64,000 nt of DNA from Candidatus Uhrbacteria bacterium. GTDB lineage: Bacteria > Patescibacteriota > Patescibacteriia > UBA9934 > GWF2-40-263. The notes beneath the pieces are model-generated. The model did not search any database, was not told where the DNA came from, and saw only the letters and a list, made by a program, of their open reading frames with translations. Below, one piece after another: positions 39,937 to 51,582 of this stretch (positions are counted from its first letter, which is position 1; every line of letters starts with the position of its first letter). The stretch lies in contig JACQSK010000012.1 of assembly GCA_016205975.1 (NCBI GenBank), forward strand, positions 15,210-79,209. The letters are read 5' to 3'. The position numbers and the translations under genes were made by a program.

Positions 39937-40058
39937 TGATCCTCCGCGGTGACTTCCGCGCGCCGACGTTACGTCTTTACATGCGTTTTGTCAACGCATA
40001 AGAAAATTTTCTGCTAAAGTCCCCATAACTTCCTTAATTCTTTACCCTTCTGACCCCT

Positions 40059-40532
40059 ATGCAAGTCGAACTCGACCCACGTGTCATGCCCAAAATCCCT
40101 GGCGCAAAAGTCGCGATCCTGCAAGCCAAGTGGTATCGCGAACCCATTGATAAGATGGTTCAAAAAACCGTGGACCTCCTCGTCGCGGCCGACTGTCCAA
40201 AACCGGACGTTCATATCCTCCCGGGTTCACTTGAACTTCCCCTTGCCGCGCAAGCCCTGATGCGCAAGGAGAAGTATGACGCCATCATCTGCTTTGGCGC
40301 GATCATGAAAGGTGAGACCTATCATTTCGACATGATCATGAACATGTGCGCCGAAGGGTTTACGAAAGTCATGCTCGAAGAAGGTACGCCCATCATCATG
40401 GAGGTCATCCCCATCGCAAACATGGGCCAGCTTGAAGCGCGCAGCCAAGACGACGCGTTCAACAAAGGCGTGGAGGCCGCGATCGCCACAGCCGAGATCA
40501 TCGACTGGCGCCGAAAAAACCTCGACGCGTAA
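40059..40532 (+). CDS. ribH: 6,7-dimethyl-8-ribityllumazine synthase
   Basis: PGSLELP, GAIMKGETYHFD, KGVEAA. Confidence 0.9.
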   Translation: MQVELDPRVMPKIPGAKVAILQAKWYREPIDKMVQKTVDLLVAADCPKPDVHILPGSLELPLAAQALMRKEKYDAIICFGAIMKGETYHFDMIMNMCAEGFTKVMLEEGTPIIMEVIPIANMGQLEARSQDDAFNKGVEAAIATAEIIDWRRKNLDA

Positions 40533-40534
40533 GT

Positions 40535-40999
40535 ATGTCGATGCGCGTTCATCTCGTAGTCGGATACATTCACAAAGAAATCTGCGACAGGATGATTGAT
40601 GCGGTTCAATCGATCGCAGACGAGCTTGATTGTCGGATGGGGCGCGTCGTTTGGATCCCCGGGTCCTTGGAGGCGCCTTTGGCTGTAAAAGAACTTATCG
40701 AACGAGACCGTCCCGACGCTATCATCGTATTTGGCGTCCAGGAACAAGGAGCGACAAAACACGGTGAAGTCATTGCCCATCAGGCAACAAGTAAGCTTCT
40801 TGACCTTCAGCTCCAGTATCGCCTACCGATGGCGATCGCCATTATCGGACCTGGAGCCACGCTCGAGCACGCAAAGGAGAAGGCTGTGAGAACAGCGAAG
40901 AAGGCTCTGCATGCCGCTGTTCACATGGTAAAACTCACTCATGATTTTGGGACAGAACCTCTTGTGCAATCGACAGAGACAGACGCTTTCCCCTCTTGA
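40535..40999 (+). CDS. ribH: Second lumazine-synthase-fold protein
   Basis: PGSLEAPL, GVQEQGATKHGEVI, IIGPG. Confidence 0.75.
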   Translation: MSMRVHLVVGYIHKEICDRMIDAVQSIADELDCRMGRVVWIPGSLEAPLAVKELIERDRPDAIIVFGVQEQGATKHGEVIAHQATSKLLDLQLQYRLPMAIAIIGPGATLEHAKEKAVRTAKKALHAAVHMVKLTHDFGTEPLVQSTETDAFPS

Positions 41000-41479
41000 G
41001 GATGCTTTTCTTTTTGAGCTGTCGTGCTAGGATGGCGTCAGGAGGTTCCATGCCCCTTGCAGGTCTTCATAGCTTTCTGTTCCACGCCTCGCGTGTGGTC
41101 GTGGGCGCCGTGCTCGGGACCGTCTGGGCGAGTGTGACCTGGCTGTCCTTTCTGTGGTATGCCTACGCCTTCACTGCCGACGCGATCGAGTTGGTGCGCG
41201 CTTACGCCATGTTCATTCCAGTGGGTGCCCCCATCGGCATCGTACTCGCGTACGAGTCGAAGGACACGTTCGGTCCATGGTGTCATGTGGAGGCGGCTTT
41301 CGTCTTCCTGTGTCTCCCACTTACGACGGTCCTGTGTGGGGCGCTCAGTCGCATGGATGTTCCCGAGTGGTGGATGGGCTTCCTGGTACCGTTCGGCATC
41401 TTCAATCTTATCTGCTGGTCTGGGGTATACGTCTTCGTGAAGCTCAACCGCCACACGGGCTGGGTGCCGGTGCCAGAGC

Positions 41480-43914
<2,435 letters not shown>

Positions 43915-43941
43915 TCTATCTGTAGTGAGCAACGTCGAACT

Positions 43942-44247
43942 ATGAAATTTTCACGCGAAGAAGTGTTAAAAATTGCCAAATTGGCTCGCCTGCATTTGGA
44001 GGAAGAAGATATTTCTAAGTACCAAGAAGACCTTGGTTCGATTTTGACCTACATTGAAAAACTCCAAGAGCTCAACACGGACGACGTCCCTGAGTTCCAG
44101 CACGCGGCCGGAAGCGCGAATGTTTTCCGAGAAGATATCGTCGAGGGCTGTGACCCGGATGTTCGTCGTCGGGCGCTTGAGAACTTTACGGCTCGCGAAG
44201 GGAATCTCTTAAAAGTGCAGGCGGTTTTTGAGAACCGAACAGAATAG
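43942..44247 (+). CDS. gatC: Asp/Glu-tRNA amidotransferase subunit C
   Basis: IAKLARL, ILTYIEKLQEL, FRED; precedes gatA. Confidence 0.93.
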   Translation: MKFSREEVLKIAKLARLHLEEEDISKYQEDLGSILTYIEKLQELNTDDVPEFQHAAGSANVFREDIVEGCDPDVRRRALENFTAREGNLLKVQAVFENRTE

Positions 44248-44249
44248 CT

Positions 44250-45698
44250 ATGGACGTATCAACATTGACGATCAAAGAAGCCGGCGAGAAACTTGCGAGC
44301 GGAGAGTTAACAGCGGTCGACTACGCACAAGGATGCTTGGACGCGATCGCCAACGGGAACGAAAATCTGAATGCGTTTTTAGAGGTCTCGCAAACCGCAC
44401 TCGACGAAGCGGCGTCTATTGATGCGCGCCGCGCTGCAGGAGAATCTCTTGGTTCGCTTGCAGGCATCCCCATCGGATTGAAAGATAACATGCTCGTACG
44501 TGGCTGGGGTTCAACTTCTGGTTCACAGATTTTGGAAGGATATCGTGGAGCATATGATTCGACGATCACACAACGACTGCAGGCCGCGGGAGCCATTTTA
44601 ATCGGTCGCACAAACATGGATGAGTTTGCGATGGGATCCTCAACGGAGACTTCGCATCACGGGGCCTCGTGCAATCCTTGGGATGCTCAGAAGGTTCCGG
44701 GTGGTTCAAGCGGGGGATCAGCGGTCGCTGTTGCCGCAGGATTTATTCCGGCTGCGCTTGGCTCAGACACGGGGGGATCGATCCGTCAGCCTGCTTCGCT
44801 TTGCGGAGTCGTCGGTTTGAAGCCAACCTATGGACGTGTGTCTCGATATGGACTTATGGCTCTTGCCTCGAGTTTTGATCAGATCGGTCCGATCACGCGA
44901 ACGGTCGAGGATGCTGCGTTGATCCTTGAGGCGATCGAAGGACGAGATCCAAAAGACGGAACCTCAGTTGAGCTCACCAACACCACCGTGCCGGCGCTTA
45001 TTGAAAAGTCGGTAGACGGTATGACCTTGGGTGTGCCGAAAGAATATTTTGCCAGTGGGATGGACGCGCACGTCGCTTCTGTGGTGCATGAGGCGATCGC
45101 GGAACTCGAGCGGGCCGGAGCGAAGATTCAAGAGATCTCCATGCCGCACTCGGAGTATGCGCTGGCGGCGTACTACATTATCCAACCAGCGGAAGCGAGC
45201 TCGAACCTCGGACGATTCGACGGTTTGCGCTATGGCTATCATTCCAGCGGGGAGAATTTGCCGGAGACGTACAAGCGAACCAGAGGCGAGGGATTTGGAA
45301 AAGAAGTAAAGCGCCGCATCATGCTGGGTTCGTACACGCTCTCGGCCGGCTACTACGATGCGTACTATCGCAAAGCGCTCAAAGTGCGCACGCTCATTAA
45401 GCGAGATTTCGATGAGGCGTTCAAACGTGTCGACGCGATCGTGTGCCCGACCAGTCCAAGCGTGGCGTGGAATCTCGGTGAAAAGTTTGATGATCCACTC
45501 GCCATGTACCTCGCTGACATCTACACCGTGACCGCGAACCTCGCGACCGTGCCAGGCCTGTCCGTTCCATGCGGCTTCGTTGACGGCCTCCCGGTTGGAC
45601 TCCAGATTCTCGCCAAGCCTTTTGATGAGTACACGCTGTTTCGAGTAGGCGCGACGTATCAAGACCGAACGAATTGGCACAAGCAGTCACCTACATGA
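44250..45698 (+). CDS. gatA: Asp/Glu-tRNA amidotransferase subunit A
   Basis: NMDEFAMGS, PGGSSGGS, SDTGGSIRQPA, SSNLGRFDG, EVKRRIMLG. Confidence 0.97.
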   Translation: MDVSTLTIKEAGEKLASGELTAVDYAQGCLDAIANGNENLNAFLEVSQTALDEAASIDARRAAGESLGSLAGIPIGLKDNMLVRGWGSTSGSQILEGYRGAYDSTITQRLQAAGAILIGRTNMDEFAMGSSTETSHHGASCNPWDAQKVPGGSSGGSAVAVAAGFIPAALGSDTGGSIRQPASLCGVVGLKPTYGRVSRYGLMALASSFDQIGPITRTVEDAALILEAIEGRDPKDGTSVELTNTTVPALIEKSVDGMTLGVPKEYFASGMDAHVASVVHEAIAELERAGAKIQEISMPHSEYALAAYYIIQPAEASSNLGRFDGLRYGYHSSGENLPETYKRTRGEGFGKEVKRRIMLGSYTLSAGYYDAYYRKALKVRTLIKRDFDEAFKRVDAIVCPTSPSVAWNLGEKFDDPLAMYLADIYTVTANLATVPGLSVPCGFVDGLPVGLQILAKPFDEYTLFRVGATYQDRTNWHKQSPT

Positions 45699-46450
45699 TT
45701 CCCTACTTCCAGTTCACGACGATCCCCTTAGGCCCCGTCACCATCCAGGTGTGGGGTCTTATGGTTGCTCTGGGAATCCTGGCCGCAACGTGGGTGGCCG
45801 CGAAGATGGCTCAGCAGCGAGGACAGGATCCAAAGATTATTTGGGACCTGAGCGTGTGGGTGATTATCGGCGCGTTTATCATGGCGCGGGTGTTCATGGT
45901 GCTGTACGAGCCAGGTGATTATCTTGCGGATCCGTTCGAGTTTTTCCGTATCTGGCATGGTGGATTTTCGATCATGGGAGGATTTCTTGGCGCGACAATC
46001 GCCGGGATCTGGTTTTTGCGTCGGCAGCACGTCGATGTTTATGCGTACGCCGACACAGCGATATTCGGACTGCCAGTGGGAATCTTTATCGGACGCATTG
46101 GCTGCTTCCTCATTCACGATCATCCGGGCACGCTCACGGATTTTGCCCTGGGGGTGAAGTATCCCGACGGCGTTCGACACGACCACGGCTTGTACGATTC
46201 GATCAACGGCCTCGTGTTGTTCTTGCTCTTCCTCTTGCTGGCTCGTCGCGGCGCTAAGACAGGAACATACATCGTCGTGTTCCTGATCTGGTACGGCGTG
46301 GTTCGATTCCTGCTCGATTTCCTGCGCGCCACCAATGGCCCGATCGTGGACACGCGATACCTCAACCTCACGCCGGCGCAGTATCTGGCAGCAGTGATGA
46401 TTGCGGGAGGCGTGTGGCTATGGCGGAGAAAGTTGTCGACGAAAGTTTGA
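45695..46450 (+). CDS. lgt: Prolipoprotein diacylglyceryl transferase
   Basis: IWHGGFSIMGG, GRIGCF, YGVVRFLLDFLR. Confidence 0.92.
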   Translation: MIPYFQFTTIPLGPVTIQVWGLMVALGILAATWVAAKMAQQRGQDPKIIWDLSVWVIIGAFIMARVFMVLYEPGDYLADPFEFFRIWHGGFSIMGGFLGATIAGIWFLRRQHVDVYAYADTAIFGLPVGIFIGRIGCFLIHDHPGTLTDFALGVKYPDGVRHDHGLYDSINGLVLFLLFLLLARRGAKTGTYIVVFLIWYGVVRFLLDFLRATNGPIVDTRYLNLTPAQYLAAVMIAGGVWLWRRKLSTKV

Positions 46451-46495
46451 CAAACTGTTCAACAAAAAATAGCCTAGAGACAAGGCTATTTTGAT

Positions 46496-46504
46496 TTATC
46501 CACA
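46496..46504 (+). promoter_or_regulatory. Consensus DnaA box upstream of the TrmB-like gene
   Basis: TTATCCACA exact match in intergenic DNA. Confidence 0.45.
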
Positions 46505-46530
46505 TCTGAGGCTCCTTTTTGTTCCCATCT

Positions 46531-47286
46531 ATGCCCCGAATCCCTAAACTGTCTGAGGACAGCCTGGAACTCCTCGGCCTGACAGCCAAGGACATGGCGG
46601 TCTACACAGCGCTCTTGAAACTCGGTACGGCGCCGCTCAGGCGCATCGCGGAGGAGTCGGGCCATAATCGAGGGACCGTGTATGACGCGCTGAAGCGTCT
46701 TCTCGATTTGGGGCTTGTGTCCCACATGGATGCCAAGACCCATCGCTACTTTACGGCAGAAGATCCACACAAGCTCCGCGGACTTGCCACGCGCCGTGAG
46801 GTCGCGATCCAAGAAGTGCAACTGAACCTTGCAGATGTCGTGCCGCAGTTGCAAGACCTTCTTGGCAAGAGCGCCCATCGGCCGAGTGTTTGGTACTACG
46901 AGGGTGAGCAGGGCGTACGCGATATCCTTGAGGACGTGCTCAAGGTCGCGGAGCGTGCGGAGGCGAAACTTTTTCGTATCTATTCCTCTGAAGGCATCCG
47001 TGATCTGATCGCTCATGCCTGGCCTGGGTTCATCAAGCACCGCATTCGCAAGCACATCCGAGTGAGAGCCATTGCGATCGGGAAAGGCGGCCGCACGTAC
47101 GGATTGGACGAGCGCAAGTGGCTGTCGCAGTCCGATTCTGCGCCGTCGTACATCTTCATCTATCCGGGCAAGACGGCGTTTGTCTCGCTGGACGGCCATC
47201 GTCAGCTGTTCGGGGTTATCATTGACGACGAGGCAATATCCTCAACGCAGGAAATGATTTTCGACGCGTTGTGGAAAATGATGTGA
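46531..47286 (+). CDS. TrmB-family transcriptional regulator
   Basis: N-terminal wHTH (LGLT...VYTALL...RGTVYDALKRL..LGLV), YEGEQG, C-terminal FDALW. Confidence 0.88.
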   Translation: MPRIPKLSEDSLELLGLTAKDMAVYTALLKLGTAPLRRIAEESGHNRGTVYDALKRLLDLGLVSHMDAKTHRYFTAEDPHKLRGLATRREVAIQEVQLNLADVVPQLQDLLGKSAHRPSVWYYEGEQGVRDILEDVLKVAERAEAKLFRIYSSEGIRDLIAHAWPGFIKHRIRKHIRVRAIAIGKGGRTYGLDERKWLSQSDSAPSYIFIYPGKTAFVSLDGHRQLFGVIIDDEAISSTQEMIFDALWKMM

Positions 47287-47290
47287 TCGA

Positions 47291-47347
47291 TGGGTCAGGT
47301 CGAGCCATGGTCTTTTTTTAAAAAGCCCATAGCTCGACCTGATCCCA
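47291..47347. repeat. Family B-related hairpin
   Basis: tgggtcaggtcgagc ... gctcgacctgatccca; shares GGGTCAGGTCG with the 27.6-kb element. Confidence 0.7.
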
Positions 47348-47360
47348 ATTCGGAGGTTTG

Positions 47361-47918
47361 ATGAGTCTGCAACCGTTCTATCACTCCGCGGTCGTTGTGT
47401 TCTGCGGACCGCATGACGAAGGCGAATACGTGCCCATGCGCCGTATCGACCAGGCAATCTTGCTCGCGCGCAATACGCGCGCGCCGCTCCTGGTCGCGGG
47501 GGACGGCAACTACGGCAGCGACGTCCAGTGGTTCGCTCGCCGCGCCGGCCAGAGCGGCATCGCGTATGTGCGCGCCTTCTACGATGAGCGCGCCTCCACG
47601 CTTGCGGACGCGCAGCGCATTGCCGACGAGCTGCTCGTGAATCCACCCCTCATGTCGGTTGTGAACGTGCATCTGGTCACCGACGACTGGCACATGAATC
47701 GCGCCACCGCGATTCTCGCCGGCGAGCTCGCGCGCGCCTTGCGCGAACGCAAGCCCAGAGTCACGCGCATTCCGGTTCGCAACGGGCCGCGTCCGCCCGC
47801 CCACATCCTGGAGGGCGAGCGTCAGGGACTCGAGGACTACCTGGCCGGACGCTACGGCCAGCGGAGGGCCCATGCTCCCTACGGCAAGCCTTGCGAGGAG
47901 GCTCCAGCCGTAAAATAA
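47361..47918 (+). CDS. YdcF/DUF218 family protein
   Basis: RRIDQA, LLVAG, STLADA, LVTDDWHMNRA; GGAGG SD. Confidence 0.8.
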   Translation: MSLQPFYHSAVVVFCGPHDEGEYVPMRRIDQAILLARNTRAPLLVAGDGNYGSDVQWFARRAGQSGIAYVRAFYDERASTLADAQRIADELLVNPPLMSVVNVHLVTDDWHMNRATAILAGELARALRERKPRVTRIPVRNGPRPPAHILEGERQGLEDYLAGRYGQRRAHAPYGKPCEEAPAVK

Positions 47919-47951
47919 AAGCGCCTGTCGCACGGACAGACGCCTTTTCTT

Positions 47952-48314
47952 TTATCCCCAAAATCCTTTTTTGCTCGATAGCGGCGGGGGAGAAGCCGGC
48001 GCCGCCGACGGTGACGCGAGTCCCTGGACGAATTGCGCGATCCGTTGCATCTCGCTTTCAACGAGTGCCCCCTCATATTCACCCGCGTGCGCCGACGTGC
48101 CCTCATAGCTGGCCGCCTTCTGATCCACATGCAGATTCACCTGCACACCGCCGTCTCGATCCTCAACGTACGCGTGGTAGCGCGGGAACAGCTGGCCGCT
48201 CACGCGCAGAGCGTAGCTCAACTGCCCCTCGTGTCCGCGATGCTCGCCGTATCCGAGACGGCGCATGAGACCTCGTGCGTTTTCCTTCAGGGGTCCTGGA
48301 AAAAATTGTTTCAT
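47952..48314 (-). CDS. Hypothetical protein, paralogue of the upstream gene
   Basis: FPRYHAYV...NLHVDQ...EYEG..VESEMQRI. Confidence 0.75.
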   Translation of the reverse strand: MKQFFPGPLKENARGLMRRLGYGEHRGHEGQLSYALRVSGQLFPRYHAYVEDRDGGVQVNLHVDQKAASYEGTSAHAGEYEGALVESEMQRIAQFVQGLASPSAAPASPPPLSSKKGFWG

Positions 48315-48317
48315 ACG

Positions 48318-48731
48318 TCACTTGAACAAGATTTCAAAAAGGGTGCGTTTTGATTTTGGAGCCAGTGCCGATGAGCTCGCGCGCGCGGTGTTTGGGTGGT
48401 TCGTCTGTCCAACGACGGACTCGCCCATGAGAATGGCGAGCAAGCGATGCATCTCCTCATCCACGCGTCCGCCCTCGTACGCCCAAGGTTGGTCGTGATT
48501 GCTTTTGTGCGTGATGCTGTCGAGCGCATCGAAGTGCAGGTCGATCTCCATCCCGTTCTCCCGTATGGCTACCAGCACATGGAACCGAGGGAACGGAGGA
48601 TCGTTCAGGCGTCGATGATAGCACGTCCGACCGGCTTCCACACAATGCCGAACATAGCCGGCACGGGCCATGAGGGTATCAGGGGAAGCCTGGAGCGGAT
48701 GAGGCAGGAGGCGCCGCATATGTCTCATCAT
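48318..48731 (-). CDS. Hypothetical protein, paralogue of the downstream gene
   Basis: FPRFHVLV...DLHFDA...AYEG..VDEEMHRL. Confidence 0.7.
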   Translation of the reverse strand: MMRHMRRLLPHPLQASPDTLMARAGYVRHCVEAGRTCYHRRLNDPPFPRFHVLVAIRENGMEIDLHFDALDSITHKSNHDQPWAYEGGRVDEEMHRLLAILMGESVVGQTNHPNTARASSSALAPKSKRTLFEILFK

Positions 48732-48832
48732 GGTCAGAAGATTCTAGACGCGTCAAGCTTATCGTTTGACGAAAGAGGGAAACCGATATAGAACATGTAT
48801 CTGCCTTCTTATCGGCAGCAAAGGAGCACACG

Positions 48833-49405
48833 ATGATCGCGATTCTCATGGCGACGCAGACCCTGGCGCAGGACTATCCCTGCACCTGCGAGCAAGTCGA
48901 GATGGAAACCGAGCAGCAGGTCACGCCAAAGGTGTTTGATCTCTCAGAGCCCCAGATGGTGATCATCACGGGCCTGGATGACGAGGGTGCCGTGCTCGTG
49001 GCCGTCCAGGTTCCCGCGGCGCGCCAGTTCGTGGAGATCCCAGCGCCCGCAACGGTCGGCGCCGGTTCCAGTCCTGTCACGGCCGTGTTCGGGATCGCCA
49101 CGCCCGACTTCCTCACGCACCTCGCTCTGGACGGGAAGGCCATTGAGTCCGCATGGCTCGCTCCCTTCCGATGCAGCGAGCTCGACTACCTCTGGTCCGC
49201 CGTGTACGCGCGCCACAACTTCTTCTTCGCCGATCGCGCCACGCGCGAGTATTTCGCCTCCTTCGATCTGCGCTATCGCGCGGACCCAACGGTGGACACC
49301 ACCACGATCGATCGGCGGCTCACCAGCCGCGACCGTCTGACCCAGCTGCGCGTCCAGAACGCCATGCAGACGCTCGTCTGTCCGCAGGAGGAGCTCACGC
49401 CCTGA
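48833..49405 (+). CDS. YARHG-domain-like protein
   Basis: EL..LWSAVYARHNFFF....REYF motif; AAGGAG SD; TTGACG-17-TAGAAC promoter. Confidence 0.65.
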   Translation: MIAILMATQTLAQDYPCTCEQVEMETEQQVTPKVFDLSEPQMVIITGLDDEGAVLVAVQVPAARQFVEIPAPATVGAGSSPVTAVFGIATPDFLTHLALDGKAIESAWLAPFRCSELDYLWSAVYARHNFFFADRATREYFASFDLRYRADPTVDTTTIDRRLTSRDRLTQLRVQNAMQTLVCPQEELTP

Positions 49406-49475
49406 CCCACCCTGAGTTCGATCGAAGGGTGGGTTTTCAAATACAGACGAGTTTGTTATAGTTGCCCGCGACCAG

Positions 49476-49563
49476 GGAGAGGTGGCCGAGTGGTTGATGG
49501 CGCACGCTTGGAAAGCGTGTTAAGGGAAACCTTACGCAGGTTCGAATCCTGTCCTCTCCGCCA
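49476..49563 (+). tRNA. tRNA-Ser(GGA)
   Basis: GGAGAGG/CCTCTCC acceptor stem, cacgc-TTGGAAA-gcgtg, long variable arm, GGTTCGAATCC, GCCA end. Confidence 0.95.
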
Positions 49564-49736
49564 CGTAAAAACACCGACGTCAGTTGGTGTTTTTACGTGC
49601 CACGTGGACGACTGCGCAGCAGGCGTCTTTACGTGGCCGAATCTTAAACGGATCGTCGGTGTTCACGTGGCACGCCACCCGTGATACCTTCATGGTTTTT
49701 TCTTTCCCGCGCTTCTGTTACCATAACGGTACCTCT

Positions 49737-50963
49737 ATGCCATCACGACTCCTTTCTTTTTCGGCACGCCATTCACTCATCGCTCTGGCCGTCTTCTTGT
49801 TTCTCGCCGTCGGTCTCTTGGCCTGGCGAGTCTTTTTGTCTTCGACCCCAGACGGCACAACTTCCACAGACGAGACCGTCGGCACAGCACCAGCAGACGA
49901 GACCGTTTCCGTTCCCGCGGTCACGGCCCTGCGCGCGCCCGAGGACGTTGCGGGGATCGACGGCCTCATCCGACTTGGGTTCAACAATGCCGAACAGATC
50001 GTCGATAACGGAAACGGGACGGACATGGTTTGGATTTCAGACGATGACCTCATGCTGGGCGCGCGTACGCCGCAAGGCGAGGTGACGGGCGCACGCATTC
50101 TTGCCTCGGGCGAAGTGGCACTTCCGGCCATCGCCCGTGACGGCGACCTGGTTGCTGTCGGCTGGGTTCAAAAAAATCAGTACAAAAACGAGATCCGCGT
50201 TCTGGTGTCAGAGGACGCGGGAGAGACGTTTGAGGAGGTCGTCTTAGGGGCAGGCGAGTCTGTGTCGCTTGCCGTGTCCCAAGGGCGCGTCGCGGCGGTG
50301 TGGCATGAGACGTCAGGGAAAACGCGGTCGCGCATTTTTGCGAGCGTCTGGAGCGGCGGGGCGTGGTCGTCTCCCGTGCAGGTGGACCGTTCGGACGCCT
50401 CACCGATGTGGCCGTCGGTTGACTTCCGCGGGGACGAGCTCGCCGTGGCATGGCGCGATGATCGACAGGACGGACGCTATACGATCTGGCTGCGGCGGTC
50501 GCATGACCGCGGGGTAACCTGGGAAGAGGAGCAGCAGATCACCGCCGAGCTCAGCGGCGATCCGGATGTCTGTCTGACGAAATCCTCCGTCTGGCTTGCG
50601 CACCATGGCGGCGGGAAGATTTCCCTGGTCCGTTCCGATGACGGCGGAGAGACGTATGCCCCTTCCCAAGAATTGGGCAGAGGATTTTTCCCGCACCTCG
50701 TCTGTTCGCAGGACGCCGTGGGCGTTTCTTGGGAGCAGACGACGGAGGGGCCGTACGCGGCGGACAAGGACGCGGGATGGGCCGTGGTGAGCGATGAGGG
50801 GGCGTTGATCGGCGCAGGCGCGATCGATGACGGACCTTCGGCAGCCGCGACGATGTTTCTTTCGGCGGACGCGCGGACGATGGAGATGTTGTGGCTTACC
50901 GTCTCGCAGGAGGAACCGCTCCTGGGAACGCTGCGGCATCAGTGGTTTGAGATTCTTTTGTAA
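49737..50963 (+). CDS. Membrane-anchored BNR/Asp-box (sialidase-like) beta-propeller protein
   Basis: N-terminal TM helix; Asp-boxes SEDAGETF, SHDRGVTW, SDDGGETY. Confidence 0.78.
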   Translation: MPSRLLSFSARHSLIALAVFLFLAVGLLAWRVFLSSTPDGTTSTDETVGTAPADETVSVPAVTALRAPEDVAGIDGLIRLGFNNAEQIVDNGNGTDMVWISDDDLMLGARTPQGEVTGARILASGEVALPAIARDGDLVAVGWVQKNQYKNEIRVLVSEDAGETFEEVVLGAGESVSLAVSQGRVAAVWHETSGKTRSRIFASVWSGGAWSSPVQVDRSDASPMWPSVDFRGDELAVAWRDDRQDGRYTIWLRRSHDRGVTWEEEQQITAELSGDPDVCLTKSSVWLAHHGGGKISLVRSDDGGETYAPSQELGRGFFPHLVCSQDAVGVSWEQTTEGPYAADKDAGWAVVSDEGALIGAGAIDDGPSAAATMFLSADARTMEMLWLTVSQEEPLLGTLRHQWFEILL

Positions 50964-50997
50964 CGCATAAGCACGATCGTTTTCCAGACGCCTCAGT

Positions 50998-51558
50998 ATG
51001 AATCAAGCAACAAGGACGCATGTTTTCAAAGACGTTTGCCTGATCTTCGTGAGCATTGCGGTTGCCATCGTTCTGCTTGTCACGCCGTCCGTTGAGCGCA
51101 TTCTCACTTCCTCGATGGAAGTAGAAGTCCTGGCGAGTTTTGTCGCCGGTATTTTTTTTACATCGGTCGTCACGACGCCGGCCGCGATCGTCGCCCTTAT
51201 CGAGATAGGAACAGCGAACTCCCCCTGGCTTGTCGCTCTCATTGGCGGCCTAGGGGCCGTGGTCGGAGACCTTGTTCTGTTTCGATTCGTTCAGACCCAT
51301 TTCAACAGGGACCTGGAACAGTTCTTGAAGACACGGCGTCTGCGCAACGTCTTCTCCTTTTCTCGCTTTCGATCCTTTACCTGGCTTTTTCCGTTTGTCG
51401 GCGGTTTGATTATCGCCTCACCGCTCCCGGATGAACTTGGCGTGACATTCCTGGGCGTCACAAAACTTCCGATGAAGACCTTCATACTCATTTCTTACCT
51501 CTCGAATTTTTTGGGGATCCTGTTGATTACGCTAGCGGCGAAGAGTCTGGCGTCTTGA
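50998..51558 (+). CDS. Multi-pass membrane protein (DedA/VTT-like)
   Basis: GGLGAVVGDLVLF and IIASPLPDELG motifs; several TM helices. Confidence 0.7.
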   Translation: MNQATRTHVFKDVCLIFVSIAVAIVLLVTPSVERILTSSMEVEVLASFVAGIFFTSVVTTPAAIVALIEIGTANSPWLVALIGGLGAVVGDLVLFRFVQTHFNRDLEQFLKTRRLRNVFSFSRFRSFTWLFPFVGGLIIASPLPDELGVTFLGVTKLPMKTFILISYLSNFLGILLITLAAKSLAS

Positions 51559-51582
51559 TGAGGACGCTGGTAAGCTCTGACC

